Below, piece after piece: positions 25,671-39,528 of a stretch of DNA of 64,000 nt (within the stretch, counting starts at the first letter, position 1; each line of letters begins with the position of its first letter). Made by a program: the position numbers and the translations under genes. A model generated the notes under the pieces. That model was not told the origin of the DNA. It ran no database searches and worked only from the letters and a program-made list of their open reading frames with translations. Source of the DNA: Paraspadella gotoi (Eukaryota; Animalia; Chaetognatha); the NCBI GenBank assembly GCA_051294375.1, contig CM119264.1, positions 4,677,352-4,741,351 of the forward strand, in the 5' to 3' direction.

Positions 25671-26766
25671 TAGTCGGCTTGTTCTTTTATTGATAACATT
25701 TGATTCGCTAAACGCTGTTTCAGCGTGTTTTAAACTTTAGAGTGATAAAATATCGATATCTAATAAAATAAAGGCCGTAATTTCCTCTCTCTCTCTCTCT
25801 TCTCTCTCTCTCCTCTCTCTCCTCGTCTCTCTCTCTCTCTCTCTCTCTTCTTCTCTGCTCTCTCTCTCACACACACACACACAGACACAAAAACACACAC
25901 AGACCGCCAAATTCGAGATTTAAATTTTTTCTATTCAATGAAATTTTCATTTCGATCCAGATTTTTTATCGCGACAACAGAGCTTTCTCTCTCTCTTCAT
26001 CTCTCTCATTCTCTCTCTCTCTCTCTCTCTCCTCTCCTCTCTTCTCTTCCTCTCTCTCCTTCTCTCTTCCTCTCGTCTCCGCTCCGTAAAGGAACGGTTT
26101 CATGCCTCTAGCCTTTTCAGGTGACCGCCCTTCGCTCGGCGACGCATCGAACCAAAATCTCAAATCAGACGAAATTATAAAATTTTTTAAAATTCTGAAA
26201 ATAATATCGATGTACTTCATTTACAGGTCGACCAAAAAAAATAATAATTACCGCGTTTTCTTTCTCAAACCGTTCGCTTGGGCGTGGCGCGATCGTCGAC
26301 CCCGGTCGCCAATAACGACGCCTACGCCGACGCGACGCACGACGACGACGACGACGACGACGACGTCAAGAGTTAAAAGGGAGGAAACTAAAAACTCCCC
26401 TCGCTAATCCGGATACTTTAAGTCAATATCCGAAACGATTTTTTTTTCTTTTTGCTTGCAGTTTTTATCATGATTTTACTATATGGTTCTGGTAATCAAC
26501 AAGTTCTTCCTGTGACAATATTCTTACTGTAATGTACAAATCGAATTGGTTTTAATAATTCAAGTTAGTTAATTAGGCCTCGTTCTTGTAATGATCGTAA
26601 TGATCGACGTACGTTTAAGTTAATTCTTTAAAAAAAAACTGTGGCGGTCATGACTCAAAACTGAGATCGGCGGATTTGAAAGAGTGGCATCAGGGGAGTG
26701 GCAAGTGATGTGTCACGGACGTAGCAAGCGCCTTTTCTCACTTCCGCCGCTCTTCCTCTTCCGATC

Positions 26767-28233
26767 ATGGGACCGAATTTCGAACTTTCGTAGGTGACGG
26801 TTCCTATGGATTCATCTTCGTCTCACCTGCGCCGGGATCATTCAGGTGAGGTCGAATAGGGTTTAGAGATTAAATTTAGATATTAGGGTTTAATGATTTG
26901 GCTTGATTATTTGGGTTCAAATTATTATCAAGGATTAGGAACAGAAACGCACTATTGTATTATTATAATACTATTTAGTAATAGTATATTTTATGTTAAT
27001 ATTTATCTAATTAATATAGTATCTCGAAGACACCGAAGATCGAACCTTCGTCAAGAATTCTCACGGCCTTCGAGAAAATTCTTGGCGAAGTCAATGGCGC
27101 CCATCAGCCGGGCGCCGCTCCGCCCGGCCGCTCCCACAGCCAGGAGTCTGTCTCTCCAGCGATAAACTGATGGAGTTTGTCAAATCGATCGAACTTCCCA
27201 TCACGAGAGGATATTTTAGCGAATTACCAGGTTTGCTTGGTAGAGAGAGGGGTTGAGCAAATTTGGTAAGCTTGTTTGGAGAGGCTAGAGAGGAGCTTGG
27301 TTGGATGAAAGGGAAAGCAAAAGGCGAAGCTTGCTTGGAAGACAAAAGGAAGCTTGCTTTGAAGAGAGAGGAAGCAAAAGACTAAGCGTTTTTATGAGCG
27401 AAGGAAGTGCTTGAAAGAAGAGAAATATAGAACTGAGCTTTCCAAAGGAAGAAGTAAAAATTCCTTTTTTTGATCTTTTCTTGCCAGTAGGAAGAAAGGA
27501 AAAAATCTTTTAATTAGATTGGTACAACCAAATATAAAAATTATCCATTCATTTAATTAAATAAGCTATCTTGCCCCTGACTTTAGACAGGCTTTGGTGG
27601 TTTTAATGAGTTAATTTATTTGAGACGTCACAATATTCGAAGGCTTTCTGCCTTCATCAAAAGTACAAATATGATATTTTTCTCATGTGCAGAAGAAAAG
27701 GGAAAAACCATTCAATTTGAAACTACAATCTTGCAGAATGAATTCAATGAAAAACTACGTAAAAATTCATCTTGTTTGTATAGCGAAAATGTCGCGCTTT
27801 CTAAAAAAAACTAAAAAGGCAGTGCTAAGATTTGCTTTAAGTTATATGATATGCGGGTAGCCTGGGATGATTTTGTCTCAACGGGAGAGATTTTCCTATT
27901 TTTAAAGTTAGCGAATTTCAAGTTAAACCAGACTTTGAGTCTAACTAGGTAGGTCAGAGCTTTCAAGTATAGAAAACCGGCAAAAACTAACCGTTAATCA
28001 CCGGTTTCAATTGTCATTTCGTCATCGTCAAACGCTTATCATTAGTATCTCTAACTGAACAGTTAGGACATTGTTAAGTTGCTTCTAAAAACTGACTCTT
28101 TATGTGCCGAGATTACCGGCTTCTCTTCCAGAGCAGATTTTAGCAGTAAATAACCACTTTTTTTGCTCCGCGCTCAAATTTATTCTCAACCTGAAAGAGA
28201 GAACAAACAATGAGCCCTTCTGCTTCTGTGCTT

Positions 28234-28291
<58 letters not shown>

Positions 28292-30743
28292 TCTCTCTCT
28301 CTCTCTCTCTCAAAAAGAGAGAATAAATATCTTTATCGCGATTGGAAATCGGTTTTCACTCTAGGGAAAAAATGACATTCGCGGGCTTGGACCTTTAATT
28401 TGCAGACATGTTTGCATTTTAAATTAAAGTTGAACTTGAAACGTTTACGATGAGGGATAATGACGATTATTTCTTTCGTTGTAGATAATGGCCATTTGGC
28501 ATGATCATTATAATGATGACGATAATGATGTCGAAGAAGAAGCTGATAATAATGACGATGATGAATATGATGTCTAACGATGACCAATGAAGACGATTCC
28601 ACATCCCCCGGCCCCCTCCACAGATTCTCTTTCCTCAACGCCAACCTTCCCCGGCGCTCGCCCATCTACACGTGCGGATTGACAATTCTCTCTTCTTCAT
28701 CTGCGCCCTCGTGACGACGGTCGACGGGAACAGGTGTCTATATCGGATTCGGGCAAGGTTTCTCCGTCGTCGTCGTGTCGTCGGCGTCCCATTTCACCAT
28801 CCTCCTCTTCTCCGTGTGGATCGAGCGGAGCTTCACTTGACGACGGATTGGGGAAGAGAGACGTGGCGCTGAGGAGGAGGGGATGTCGGCCGTCGCCTCC
28901 AAGGTTTGCAGAGCGAGGGGGGGAAGGGGGAAACGATCATCATATCTTATTTTGACAAGCTAACTCTCACGTTTTTTTTTTTTTTAAAAACGCTGTAAGA
29001 CTTGTAAAAGTCTGAACATGATTAAATAAAGTTGACAATTTTCATCAGACAGCTAACTCGAGTCCGACGAAAACTTTGATAGGGCTGGAGCCAGAATTCT
29101 TTGTTTCAACTAGAAAAGAGTTTAAGGGGACGAATGGAGCGGAGGCGAAAAGAGATGACAACTCCGTGACTGTAGAAACGGAGTGGATTCGTTTTCGGCT
29201 TCTACTATTAGATATCAGTGTTAGATTTTTAGTGCGTTGTCCAACCCGTTATTATGAGAGAAGTATAAGTCTAATATTAGCTGGCACACATGACTTATGG
29301 TGTTGACTATTCGTGCGATGTCATGTTTCAGTTGAGTTTGATCCACCGCGTATTTCGATCACTGAAGGCGCATTAGATGCATCAAAGTTTGACAAAACAT
29401 CTCTCTATATCCGGGCTCGACTTTCGCGCCGGCTTAAATTAAACGACGAGTATCTCGGACTCTGCTATATAGATCCTTATCTCGTACCGTCACTCTCCGG
29501 AAAAATTCAATGCAAGAAAAGAATTCTCGTCTATCGCCTTAGGCTATTAAACGGCGGGTTGATTATTTTGACAACGTGGAATACGTTATACATCGTGCAG
29601 TACGGCTGCTATATTGATATCTATTATTTCATCTACATGAAATATCGAAATTTATTCTTCATTTCTTTCCTTTAGTCTTTTGCATTATTATTTTCATATT
29701 TCGATTTTATCTGTTGAGATTTATTCCTTGTATTTGAAATGAACTGTAAGATTTAGAAATTAGCGCGTTATTATGGAAGAAGTAGTGAGAAATGGCAAAG
29801 ATAATAAAATACGCGTAAACCAAGCTAAGCGTGAACTTGATTCAAGGAAATGTTCTCTCTCTTCTCTCTCTTCTCTCTCTCTCCTTCTCTCTCCTCTCAT
29901 CTCTCTCTCCTCTCTCTCTCTTCTCTCTACTCCCTCATCAATATTCCTCCCCTCTTCTCCCCTTTTTCTCTCTCCCTCCTGTCCCTACCTCACACCCCTC
30001 CTCCCTCTTTCCCACCTCTCCCCCCTCTCTCCTCCCCCTCTCCCTCTCAGGCGACGATCCTCTCCATCATCTTCGTCGTCGCCGTCGTCGTCCTCGTCGT
30101 CGTCCCCGCTCTTCTCATTCACGCCTGTGAGACGGATTGGTCCATCCTCACCACAATCTATTACTGCGTCCTTACCTCGCGACGGCGGGGCTTGGAGACT
30201 TCGTCCCTACCAAAGGTGAAGAATGATGATGGAGATGATGTGATGATGATGATGATGAAGATGAAGATGATGATGATGATGATGATGATGATGAGTGTGA
30301 TTTAGAGATAGCATAGATACAGATCCGAGGATCACCGAATGAAATGTGATAGTATGACACGATTGTCAAATGTCCGAATGCATTATNNNNNNNNNNNNNN
30401 NNNNNNNNNNNTTGACAACGATTGTCACAATGTCGATGATTATGACAGTGATGATGAAGATTATGGCGACGACAACGAAGACATCGATGCCGAGGATGAT
30501 GATAATGATGATTATGATAATCATGATGAAGACGATGATGTCGTTAATGATAAAAACGAACGATCAATGATAATGAGAGTAACGCTGATAATGATAACCC
30601 CAACAACGCCATCTTCCTCTTCTTCTCAGGCTCAACGTGCTACGACGTCGTCATCATCGTCGTCGCCGTTTACATCGTCAACGGCGTCATGCTGACGATG
30701 TTCGTCCTCGCTAATTTCTTCGAGGTCTTCGAGATGGGAGGCG

Positions 30744-30774
<31 letters not shown>

Positions 30775-30910
30775 ACGGAAGCCGCTCAAGTCGGGCGACG
30801 AGGCGGCGGCGGCGGCTGCTGAGCCCGCCGCGGTCCAATGTGAAACTCCGGAAGATTCGACTCTCAAAGCGAAGATTCACGACTTTTATCTCACAGTTTT
30901 GGGCCGGTGA
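26767..30910 (+). CDS. Two-pore-domain K+ channel, TWIK-like (KCNK1/6 type), complete 5-exon copy with indel errors
   Basis: Exons 26767-26845, 27020-27230, 28624-28903, 30051-30215 and 30630-30910. Four TM segments; P1 TVGYG (intact in copy X) and P2 reconstructed as YYCVLTLATAGLGDFVP. GYG/GLG filters are the TWIK signature. Confidence 0.82.
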
Positions 30911-31432
30911 TGATAGGAGGTTGTGATAGGGGGTGACGATCGGGGGTTGTGATTTGTGTTTTATGATAGGAGTTGTGAAAGGAGGTTGTGATAGGTATGA
31001 AGATAGGAGGTTGTGATAGGTATGATGATAGTGATGGGGGTGCGAAGGCATGAGAAAACTGCGCCGTCCGGAGTCTGGACTTCATCAGTGACATGATACG
31101 GCCTGGAAATAAACGTTAAAGCGTTGTCACTGCAACGCCTTATCGTTATCGCAACCTTATCACAACCTTAGATGAGCGTCTGATATCTTTACCCAATCGA
31201 ACGTTTTAATTTGATTATCGTTTATATATTAATCGCGCGAGAGAAAGTTGAAAGTTTAAATCACTTTTCAGTGAATGTCTCTCTAACTTTCTCGTTTAAA
31301 CCCAGTTTTTTTAGATATATAGAAATTCTCACTGCATTACATTTTATACTTGCTCAAAATACATGCTTAAAAACCTTTTATTTTTATGACGCGTCCTTTC
31401 GCAGAAACTTTTCAGAGTAGAGCTATGAGCTG

Positions 31433-31580
31433 TTTTTAGTTGTGCCGCGAGTTCTCGCTGAGCAACTTCATAAGTCACTTTTCGGTCGGTCTGTCATTCG
31501 GTCTTTATGTCTGTCCGTCGGTCTGTCCCACTTACGTTAAAAATGCTCATAACTTTCATATAGTTGGTTGCTCATTTGTT
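31433..31580 (+). mobile_element. Short Helentron/DINE-1-like element (copy of 1664-1819)
   Basis: tttttagttgtgccgcgag...gagcaacttcataag...cggtcggtctgtc...tttgtt. Confidence 0.45.
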
Positions 31581-32995
31581 TAGACAGGAAAAACCTGAAA
31601 TCGAAGGGACTGCTAGCGCCGCCTTCAGGAAACCCTAAAACTATAAGAAATAAAAGGCCAAATTTCGATGCAAGGGCAAAGAAAGTTTTTTAGTTTTGTC
31701 ATTTCATGGGAAAATAAAGTCACATTGGAATCACAGTTCTTGTTTTTTTTTTTTAAATAAAGAAAGAACATTTTCCTCCTTAATTTTTCAATTTCCCCCC
31801 CCCCCCGGACTTGTTTTTGTATCGAAAAACGTTTTCTGCTATTGGAACCGAACCTCCATTTCGCTCCGATCTCTTTTGTTTTTCTTTTCCTTTTTCCTTT
31901 TCCTCTTCTCTCTTTTTCTCTCTTTTTCCTTTTCCTTCCGACCGTTCTTGTTTTCCTTTTCTTTTTTCTTTTTCCTTTTCGCTCCGATCTTTTTGGTTTT
32001 CCTTTTCCTTTTTCGATTTTTTTTTTTTAGTACCTTTTTTATTTATTTTTTTAAATGTTATGAGCGCAGGAAAAAAAACAAATGGTTTAATCATAGAGAT
32101 TAACCTTTTTTAGTTTGCAAAGCAAAATTACACTTTGAGTATAAATTTATCACTTTTTTGCTTTTTAAGATTAAACTTAAACAATTCTTAACAAAATATA
32201 ATTTGTTTTCTTTTCTTTTATTTTATTATCTTTTTTTTCAATTGTCTATACTTCCAAAATTATATGCTCCGTCAGTTTTGTTTCCCTCTTTCATCCTCCA
32301 GGGAAAAAGAAAGGTTCGAATTCCATCAAAACCGATAAAAGCAAAAGAAAGCAAAAGAAGCTAAAAAAAGCAAAAGTGCATCTTTCTTAAAAAAGGGGGA
32401 AAAGGAGGAAAAGCAATAATGTTTCCTGGCGCCAGATCTGTCTTTGGGAGAGTGATCTGTCTGAAGGGAGATAGACAGCTTGGGATCAAGACAAAGGCGA
32501 GCGAATGAACTATGTAGATTGCTATTTAAAATGTGTTCTGAGAGAAGGTTATTGTTATAGGAAAATAAATCAAATAAATACAATCATTTATCATCTGTTA
32601 ATAATATGTTTATTATAAATAGTCGACGAAAAAGGTTAAAACTTCCAGCCAATGGCCATTCGCCCAATATTGCGCTTTTGTTTCCCTTTTCTCTACTTGA
32701 TTCACCGAGGGGCTGATTCCCAGTCACGTTCACAAACTCACGCTGCTTCACTCCTTCTCTCCAACATCACAAGCGGTGAGAGAGAGTGAGAGTGCAACGT
32801 CAAGTACGACGATAGGGAATATTGATAGACTTATTGAAGGTTGAAAAGGGTTGTTGTGTACTCTTGTAGTAAATCGCTAGAAATACGTTTCATTCGTTTA
32901 ACTATATTAGTACAATAATCAAAGAATACAGGGTGATTCACAAAAGCTAATATAGAATGGCTGTGAAAGAACATGACGCGAGCAGTTTATAGTTC

Positions 32996-33199
32996 GTTGC
33001 ACACAAGGTCCCGAAATGGGCCGATCGGGTTGTAGTCCGGTGAGTAAGACGCCCCGTCACGCTTTCTTATGGGAATCAGCAGGGCGAGAACCCCAGTCCT
33101 TTAGTTTGGGAGGAGCTCGCGCTACCTCCCCCGCCATAGGTACTGCTGATCCTCGGCCGAGTAGCGGGGTATGAAATACTCCCGCTACTTTGCACTTTT
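32996..33199 (+). mobile_element. Nin/Deu-SINE-like structured element (copy of 3385-3606)
   Basis: Pairings ggccga/tcggcc and atcagcag/ctgctgat, a 13-bp terminal hairpin, and an ACTTT-like tail. Confidence 0.35.
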
Positions 33200-33502
33200 G
33201 TATGGACATGACTGTATGTTTAGTGTGTTTAGTGTGTTTACTGTTTACCTATACGTCCCTCTTCAACCATTTGGGAAATTTGGATGTAATAAATACGTAA
33301 ATCGCGTTATGAACTTGCTACAGACTTTCAACTTAAACCTAGCCTCGCATTTCGCCATAGGTTTTGGTAACGGGCTTTTTGCTTATGACCTCAGAATTAG
33401 CAGCGAACCCTTGACCCAGCCGATCAAGCAGCAATATCCAGCGCCCAGGACCTGCAAGATCACGTTGACAGCAATGGCGGCGACGACGACGACGACGACG
33501 AG

Positions 33503-33550
<48 letters not shown>

Positions 33551-34920
33551 AAGAAAAAAGAGCAATAACATGATCACGTGATAAATTCGCGAGTGAACCG
33601 ATCAAACAAAAGAAGGACGTAATCTAAAACGAGCGGACGACGACCAGAACGACGACGACGCGGCACAGTGAATTCGGTGATTCTGCTCCACAGTGGAAAC
33701 TATTTTTTAGCTTTTTTGCGGGTACAATTATTTGAACATTGTGTGTTTTAATGAACTTTGTTTTTTCTTTCAAACATAAATCAAGTGAAAACTCAAAACT
33801 TTCAAAATCTCAACTGATTTCTAAAGGTGCCCAAGTTACAAAGAGAAAATACTACGTAAAAGAAAACTAATAGAAAATCATGAAATTTCCTATTTGAGGA
33901 TTATTAATTATTTTTTTTAAGTCTCTTTGTATTTTTTTTTTTGTTTGTTTGTTATAAGTACGATTGTCTAGTCTGCAACATCGCAAACGTACTCGATTGT
34001 GCGTGCGTGGGAGTGAGTGTAGCTAAAATAGATCAACATGGTTTTTTTTTTCTCTCCCTAAGATTCGTGGTTCGTCGATGGGATGAAGAGTTATTAAAAT
34101 CGGCGCCAGACTCAAGATCGCGTTGACTGATGAGAAACAGAAACACCACTTTTTTTCTCTTCTTTCATTTTTTTTCTCTCCTTTCTTTTTTTATGTTTTT
34201 TTTTTTCGTTTTATTACTTTTTTTGAATTTTCCCGCCTTCTAGTGGAAGTAGAAACTCGTTTTTTCTTCGCTTCTCAACATTTGGATTATTTTATAGAGG
34301 AAAAAAAAACCCAAAATATGGAGCAAACGATTTTTAAACTCGAAAAACGCAGGTGGATGAACATTTTATTCGGATTTATGCATTTGTGATTAATTTTTGT
34401 CACTGAAACTTAAAGTGTGAATTATTTCTCGAACATCAAAATGTGCATGATACATGCACAATGCACTTTAGATTTTCATCCAATTTATTGTACTCTGGCG
34501 TTTAGGTCATTGACTTACTAAGTAATTGACTTATGGCCAGAAGAAAGCATGTGTCAAGCCTAAGATCTTTTTCGGGAGTTTTTAATGTATTTAATGTGAT
34601 ATAATGTGGTTTTTATTTTATATCGATTTCTTCGTCGTAAAAGATATGTAAATATAAACGTAGTTTTCGAGTTTTCATATGAAAATAAAAGAAGTTTTTT
34701 TTTCTCCTTGCAGACGTTTAATCTTTTAATTTACATTATCAGAAATTAAAAAGATAGCCAAAGATTATAACAAAAACTTGATAATAACAGACCGACCGAT
34801 ATTTAGTCGCAACAGCAGCCGCGGCTACAAACGAGTACAACGAAAGCGATGGACTAATGGGTTCGGTTTTTATCGAAGTAATAAGTGAAAAAGTTCCGCA
34901 TCTGTTTCACATCGAAATTA

Positions 34921-35646
34921 TTTTTTTTTAGTCGGATCTGCTTATTAGCAGATCCCGACTCTATAATTCACTTTGTCTGTCCGCCCCCTCAATATTCTCG
35001 GGAACATACTTATATCATGTCAGAACATTGAATTATGATAAATTATGCAAAAAAAACTACGTCCGTTCGTCCGTCCGTCCGTCCATCCCTCTGTCCGTCC
35101 ATCCCTCCGTCTGTCTCACCTTAGCAAAAAACACCAATTACTCGTGATTGGATGGATTGGAATGAAATTTTGTGTGTGTGGGTAGGGAAGTGTGTGATTT
35201 AGCTGAATATGAAGTTTCGATGGAATCGGCCAAGTGAAAAAAAGTTTAAATGAGAAAAACAAAAAAATATTTCACTATTTGAATACCAATTACTCATGAG
35301 TGGATGGGCCGATTAACCTGAAATTATATATGTGGGTAGGAAAGTGTGTGATTGAGCTGGAAATCAAGTTTCGATGGAATCGTTTGAGTGGAAATGAGTT
35401 TAAATGGAAAAAACAAAAAACCTGTTTCAATAATTGATTATGCTTCTTTTTCTTTTTATATTAAATGTAAATGCAAGATGTATTAATTAATCAGTTACTT
35501 AATCAATTCGTCAATTAATTAATCAATAAATAATTAATCAGTCAATCAATCAAAACAAATATTTCGGATCAAAAATTAATCAAATTAATTAATTAATTAC
35601 CGATAATGATCGTGGGCAGATCCGACATTGTTTGCTCAAACTTGTT
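34921..35646 (+). mobile_element. Helentron-associated (DINE-1/HINE-like) non-autonomous element
   Basis: T-run, then gtcggatctgc-ttatta-gcagatcccgac (palindromic subTIR), a (CCGT)n tract at 35060-35115, an 'atgaaattt' core, a 3' subTIR gcagatccgac at ~35616, a short stem-loop and a CTTGTT end. Confidence 0.65.
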
Positions 35647-36690
35647 AATCTACTTATTTATACGTGATTTTTTTTTAATCTGTAAATAATTGATCTAATG
35701 AATACATGAGATGATGAGACGCTTCATTCTCTCTTTTTGATCTTTCGAGAGGGAAAGATTTTTGTTCTTAAACTTTTAAAATTGTTAATCGAATCAACAA
35801 TGATTCTCATTGTTGAACATTACAAATATTTAATGATAAATTTTTTAAACTCAAATTGTCGGTTATCGAACTTACGACTTACGACTTACTTCGAAATCTG
35901 TCAAAAATTTTTTTCCATACTTATCTCAATAAATTTTCCGTCAAAATGTCCTTATGTCTCGATCGTTGCGCCGTATTTTATGAGAGCGGGAGAAAATGGA
36001 AGTTATAAAAAACAAGCGCTTCAGAAACATTATTAATATAAAGAATATCTTAATAAACAATTCCGTGCTTATTAATGTTTCAAATGGTAAGTTAGGAAAT
36101 AAAATAGGGTTAAAATGTGATCTTTCCGAACCAAATTCAAGAAATATAAGTAAAAACAACCTAGGCGATTTCGACTGGATGATAAATCAAGAACATGCGG
36201 CCGGATATGGGAAAAAAGAACGTGTCATTGTTTTACCTCCTAACTTTTAAAATTTAAAATTTTTTACTGTTCGAATGCCTCTGGAAATTGTTTTCGATGA
36301 CGCCTTTTAACTTTTTATCTTAATCTTATTCATGAAAAGGAGAGTTGTTTCAGCGTGTTGGAGCTGCGGATTCTCTTTACCCTCGTGTTTAAGTACAACG
36401 TTTTCTTATCAATATTTACTACGAAATAAAAACGACAAAGTACTTTTCTCGCGACATTTTTACAGATGAAAACGATGCAAAGATTCGCTACTCGAAATTA
36501 TCGTTTTTTAAAATTGTTTTATCCAAAACAATCGAATCTAAAAAACTTGAAAAATCATTTTCGGCTTTGATTTCAAAAGTCAACTGGCGAGAGAGAAGAG
36601 TCACGGAGGTTTCTTTAATCTTTCTTTTTTCACTGTGAAAATTATTTATCTCGTGACACAAAAAAAATTCAAGAAAAATCTCAGATAAAA

Positions 36691-37408
36691 ATGGCAGATT
36701 CTTCCAATGAAAGAATCGTGAAAAGGAGAACTAAGTCGGATCCTACTGGCCCGGGTAAGTTCACACGGTTGTGATATAGATGTTATTCGTGATCCCAATA
36801 TTTTATGATACAAATAAATTTTCTCAATTTACGACAGTAGATATTTTACGTATATCGTTTTCTGCTGTGACTAAAAAAAATATATATCTTATGTAATGTG
36901 GAATTAAAGCCAAAAATTAAAATTCTAACGCTGCAAACGAATTCGACTTTTGTAGATAAAATCTTTTACTATTTTCAAACGGACAATATTTTTTATATTC
37001 TGGAGATTTTACAGTTTGACTATTTTAATAGTTGCAATATCAGTGCATTTTGCATTTTTATGGGTGAAAAACTCTTGATAAAATTTTTTTTTTTTTTACA
37101 TTTTTTTAATATTTTTTGCCATAAAATGAATGTGAGCTCGACAGTTTTTTTCAATTAGAAACTTTATCGCAGTTACAATTTCCTTAATACAACTAAACTA
37201 AATCATTCATGATCTTATTCGCCCAGAAGATAATCGTGTGGAGATTCCTCATATATTACAGGGTGCAACCTAAGAAGTTTCGGCTCCGAACTTCCAATGT
37301 CGGACACACTGTATTACATCCCCGTAATGGCGAGATTGTCGGACGCTTCCTCCAAAGATTCTGGTCTTCCTGTGGAAGGTGAACCATCTCTCTCTTTTCT
37401 TCTCTCTC

Positions 37409-37453
<45 letters not shown>

Positions 37454-37487
37454 ATTTCCCATCTCCCATCTTATTCCTTTCCCCAAA

Positions 37488-37538
<51 letters not shown>

Positions 37539-37578
37539 ATTTCCCATCTCCATCTCATTCCTTTCCCCAAATCACACA

Positions 37579-37614
<36 letters not shown>

Positions 37615-39463
37615 CTCTCTCTCTCTCTCTCTCATTTCCCATCCCTTCCTTTCCCCAAAATTCAGCGAATCGACGAAGCGACGACGACGACGATGACGAT
37701 GACGACATCAACGGCGCCAAAAGTGACGCCCGCGTCAAACGATCAAACTCTCGACGACAATCCTTCCTTTACTGGTGAGCCTTCGGTGTTGATGTTGTGG
37801 ATGTTTTAGTGGATGTTGTGGATGTTCTGGTGGATAGTTTCTTTTTTAATACAGTAGATGTTTAGTGGAAGTTGTGAATTTTTTTGTTTTATATGAAATT
37901 GGTACAACCAATATAAAAATTATTCATTCATTTAATAAATAAGCTATCTTGCCCCTGACTTTGGACAGGCTTTGGTAGTTTAAGGCTTCCATATGTTTTT
38001 GTGGATGTTGTAGATATTTTTTGGGATGTTTCAGATGTTTTATCGATGTTGTTCATGTTCTTGATCATGTTCTTCCGCAATGATAGAATCCGTGAGATGT
38101 TTTTGTGAATACTGAAGATGTTGTTGTCGTTGTCGTTCTTCTTGTCATTCTGAAGTCGTCGTCGTTGTCATTGACGAGAGATAAACCCTTACCTTCAGAC
38201 TCACCCTTTCTCCTTATCTTCAGGCAAGAGTCTTGGGTGATGGTTCCGGACGACAAACCCAACGAGGCTTTGCTCACTCCCTTCGCTCAACTTCTGCTCA
38301 AATTACAAAACATCAGAACTAATTTCATCAAAATCACAGGTTTGAACTTGTAACGCGTGTTTGTTGAAATAGACATGTTACAAGAGGATGAAAAAGGTTG
38401 AAAAGGAAATCGTCTAACGAAAAATATCTTTTATTTTGATTTTTTATAAAGGTTTAACTATATAATCTATATCATTTAATGTTATATATATTGCTTTTTT
38501 AAATTTTTTTTTACATATATTATATCTAATAATTCATTTTTGGGAAGGGAGGTCAGTGTTGTTTTCTTGAAATAGAGGGAGCAACTATACAACACAAGGT
38601 TAGAGTACTATCTGTCCTAGTTTTCTAATAGATATCATATATCATTCCTGTTAGAAAGTCATGAACGAGAATTCATAATATCTCAGAGGCTGAACAGAAG
38701 GGGGTGGGAATGGATAATTTGAGGGGGAACCAAGGTTTTTGTTTTTTTTATATCATTAGGGATAAGACTACAAAGTAGAATCATATGTACTGATAGAGAT
38801 ACATATTGGGGAAAGGTTTATAGGGGCACCCTTATATCATGAACATAATTTTAGAATAAGTTTATATTATTATTATTATTATATATTTATATTACATTTA
38901 TCCTAGTTTTTAATTATTTCTTTTTTGATTTGATGACAAGCTTAAAAATCTAGAATCTCCTCGTACTTGACTTTGACATTACTATAATTTTAAAACAAAT
39001 ATTATGATATTATGATAAGTTGCCTCTTATTTATTCACTCGGAATTCTACACACTGCACAAATTCCCCAAAACCGTTTCCAAGTTTCTCTGAATATCATA
39101 ACTTTCTATCGCTTCCTATCGGTTGTGATCATTTGCCATCAAAATTTTTACTCGTTTCGATTTAACAAAAGTTAATAACTAAACTTTTAGATTTACAATA
39201 CTAGCTCGGTATTCAGATCGAAAGCGGATGAGACCGGATTTCAATTCTTTTTCACTCTTCTTCTTTTTCGTCGTCGTCGTCGTCGTCGTCGTCGTCTGAA
39301 CAAAGTTTCTTCGCGACTTAAATTTTGATTCTCGAGGCAAAAAAAAATTTAAAAAAATTCAAGTTTAACAATAATTAAAGATCGAAAAACTACAGTTGCG
39401 TCGATAAAAACTAAGAACTAATCCAGATAATTATTTCAATCATTACCTGAATCGCTTTCTGCC

Positions 39464-39528
<65 letters not shown>

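Larger units (their letters stand above)
20503..29401. repeat. Segment X': duplicate of 12694-20373 carrying extra insertions
   Basis: Colinear with X. Extra sequence at ~24531-24605 ((GAC)n), 24832-25670 and ~29205-29310. Confidence 0.92.
29810..37805. repeat. Segment Y': the in-context copy of 7-8421
   Basis: Colinear with the window start, and continuous upstream with K2P exon 3 and downstream with the rest of PDE4. Confidence 0.92.

Noticed and set aside
32996-33199. RNase MRP/P or SRP RNA
   Set aside because: Only incidental short matches (gttcgt, tgtagtcc); the conserved P4 motifs and SRP helix-8 motif were not found.
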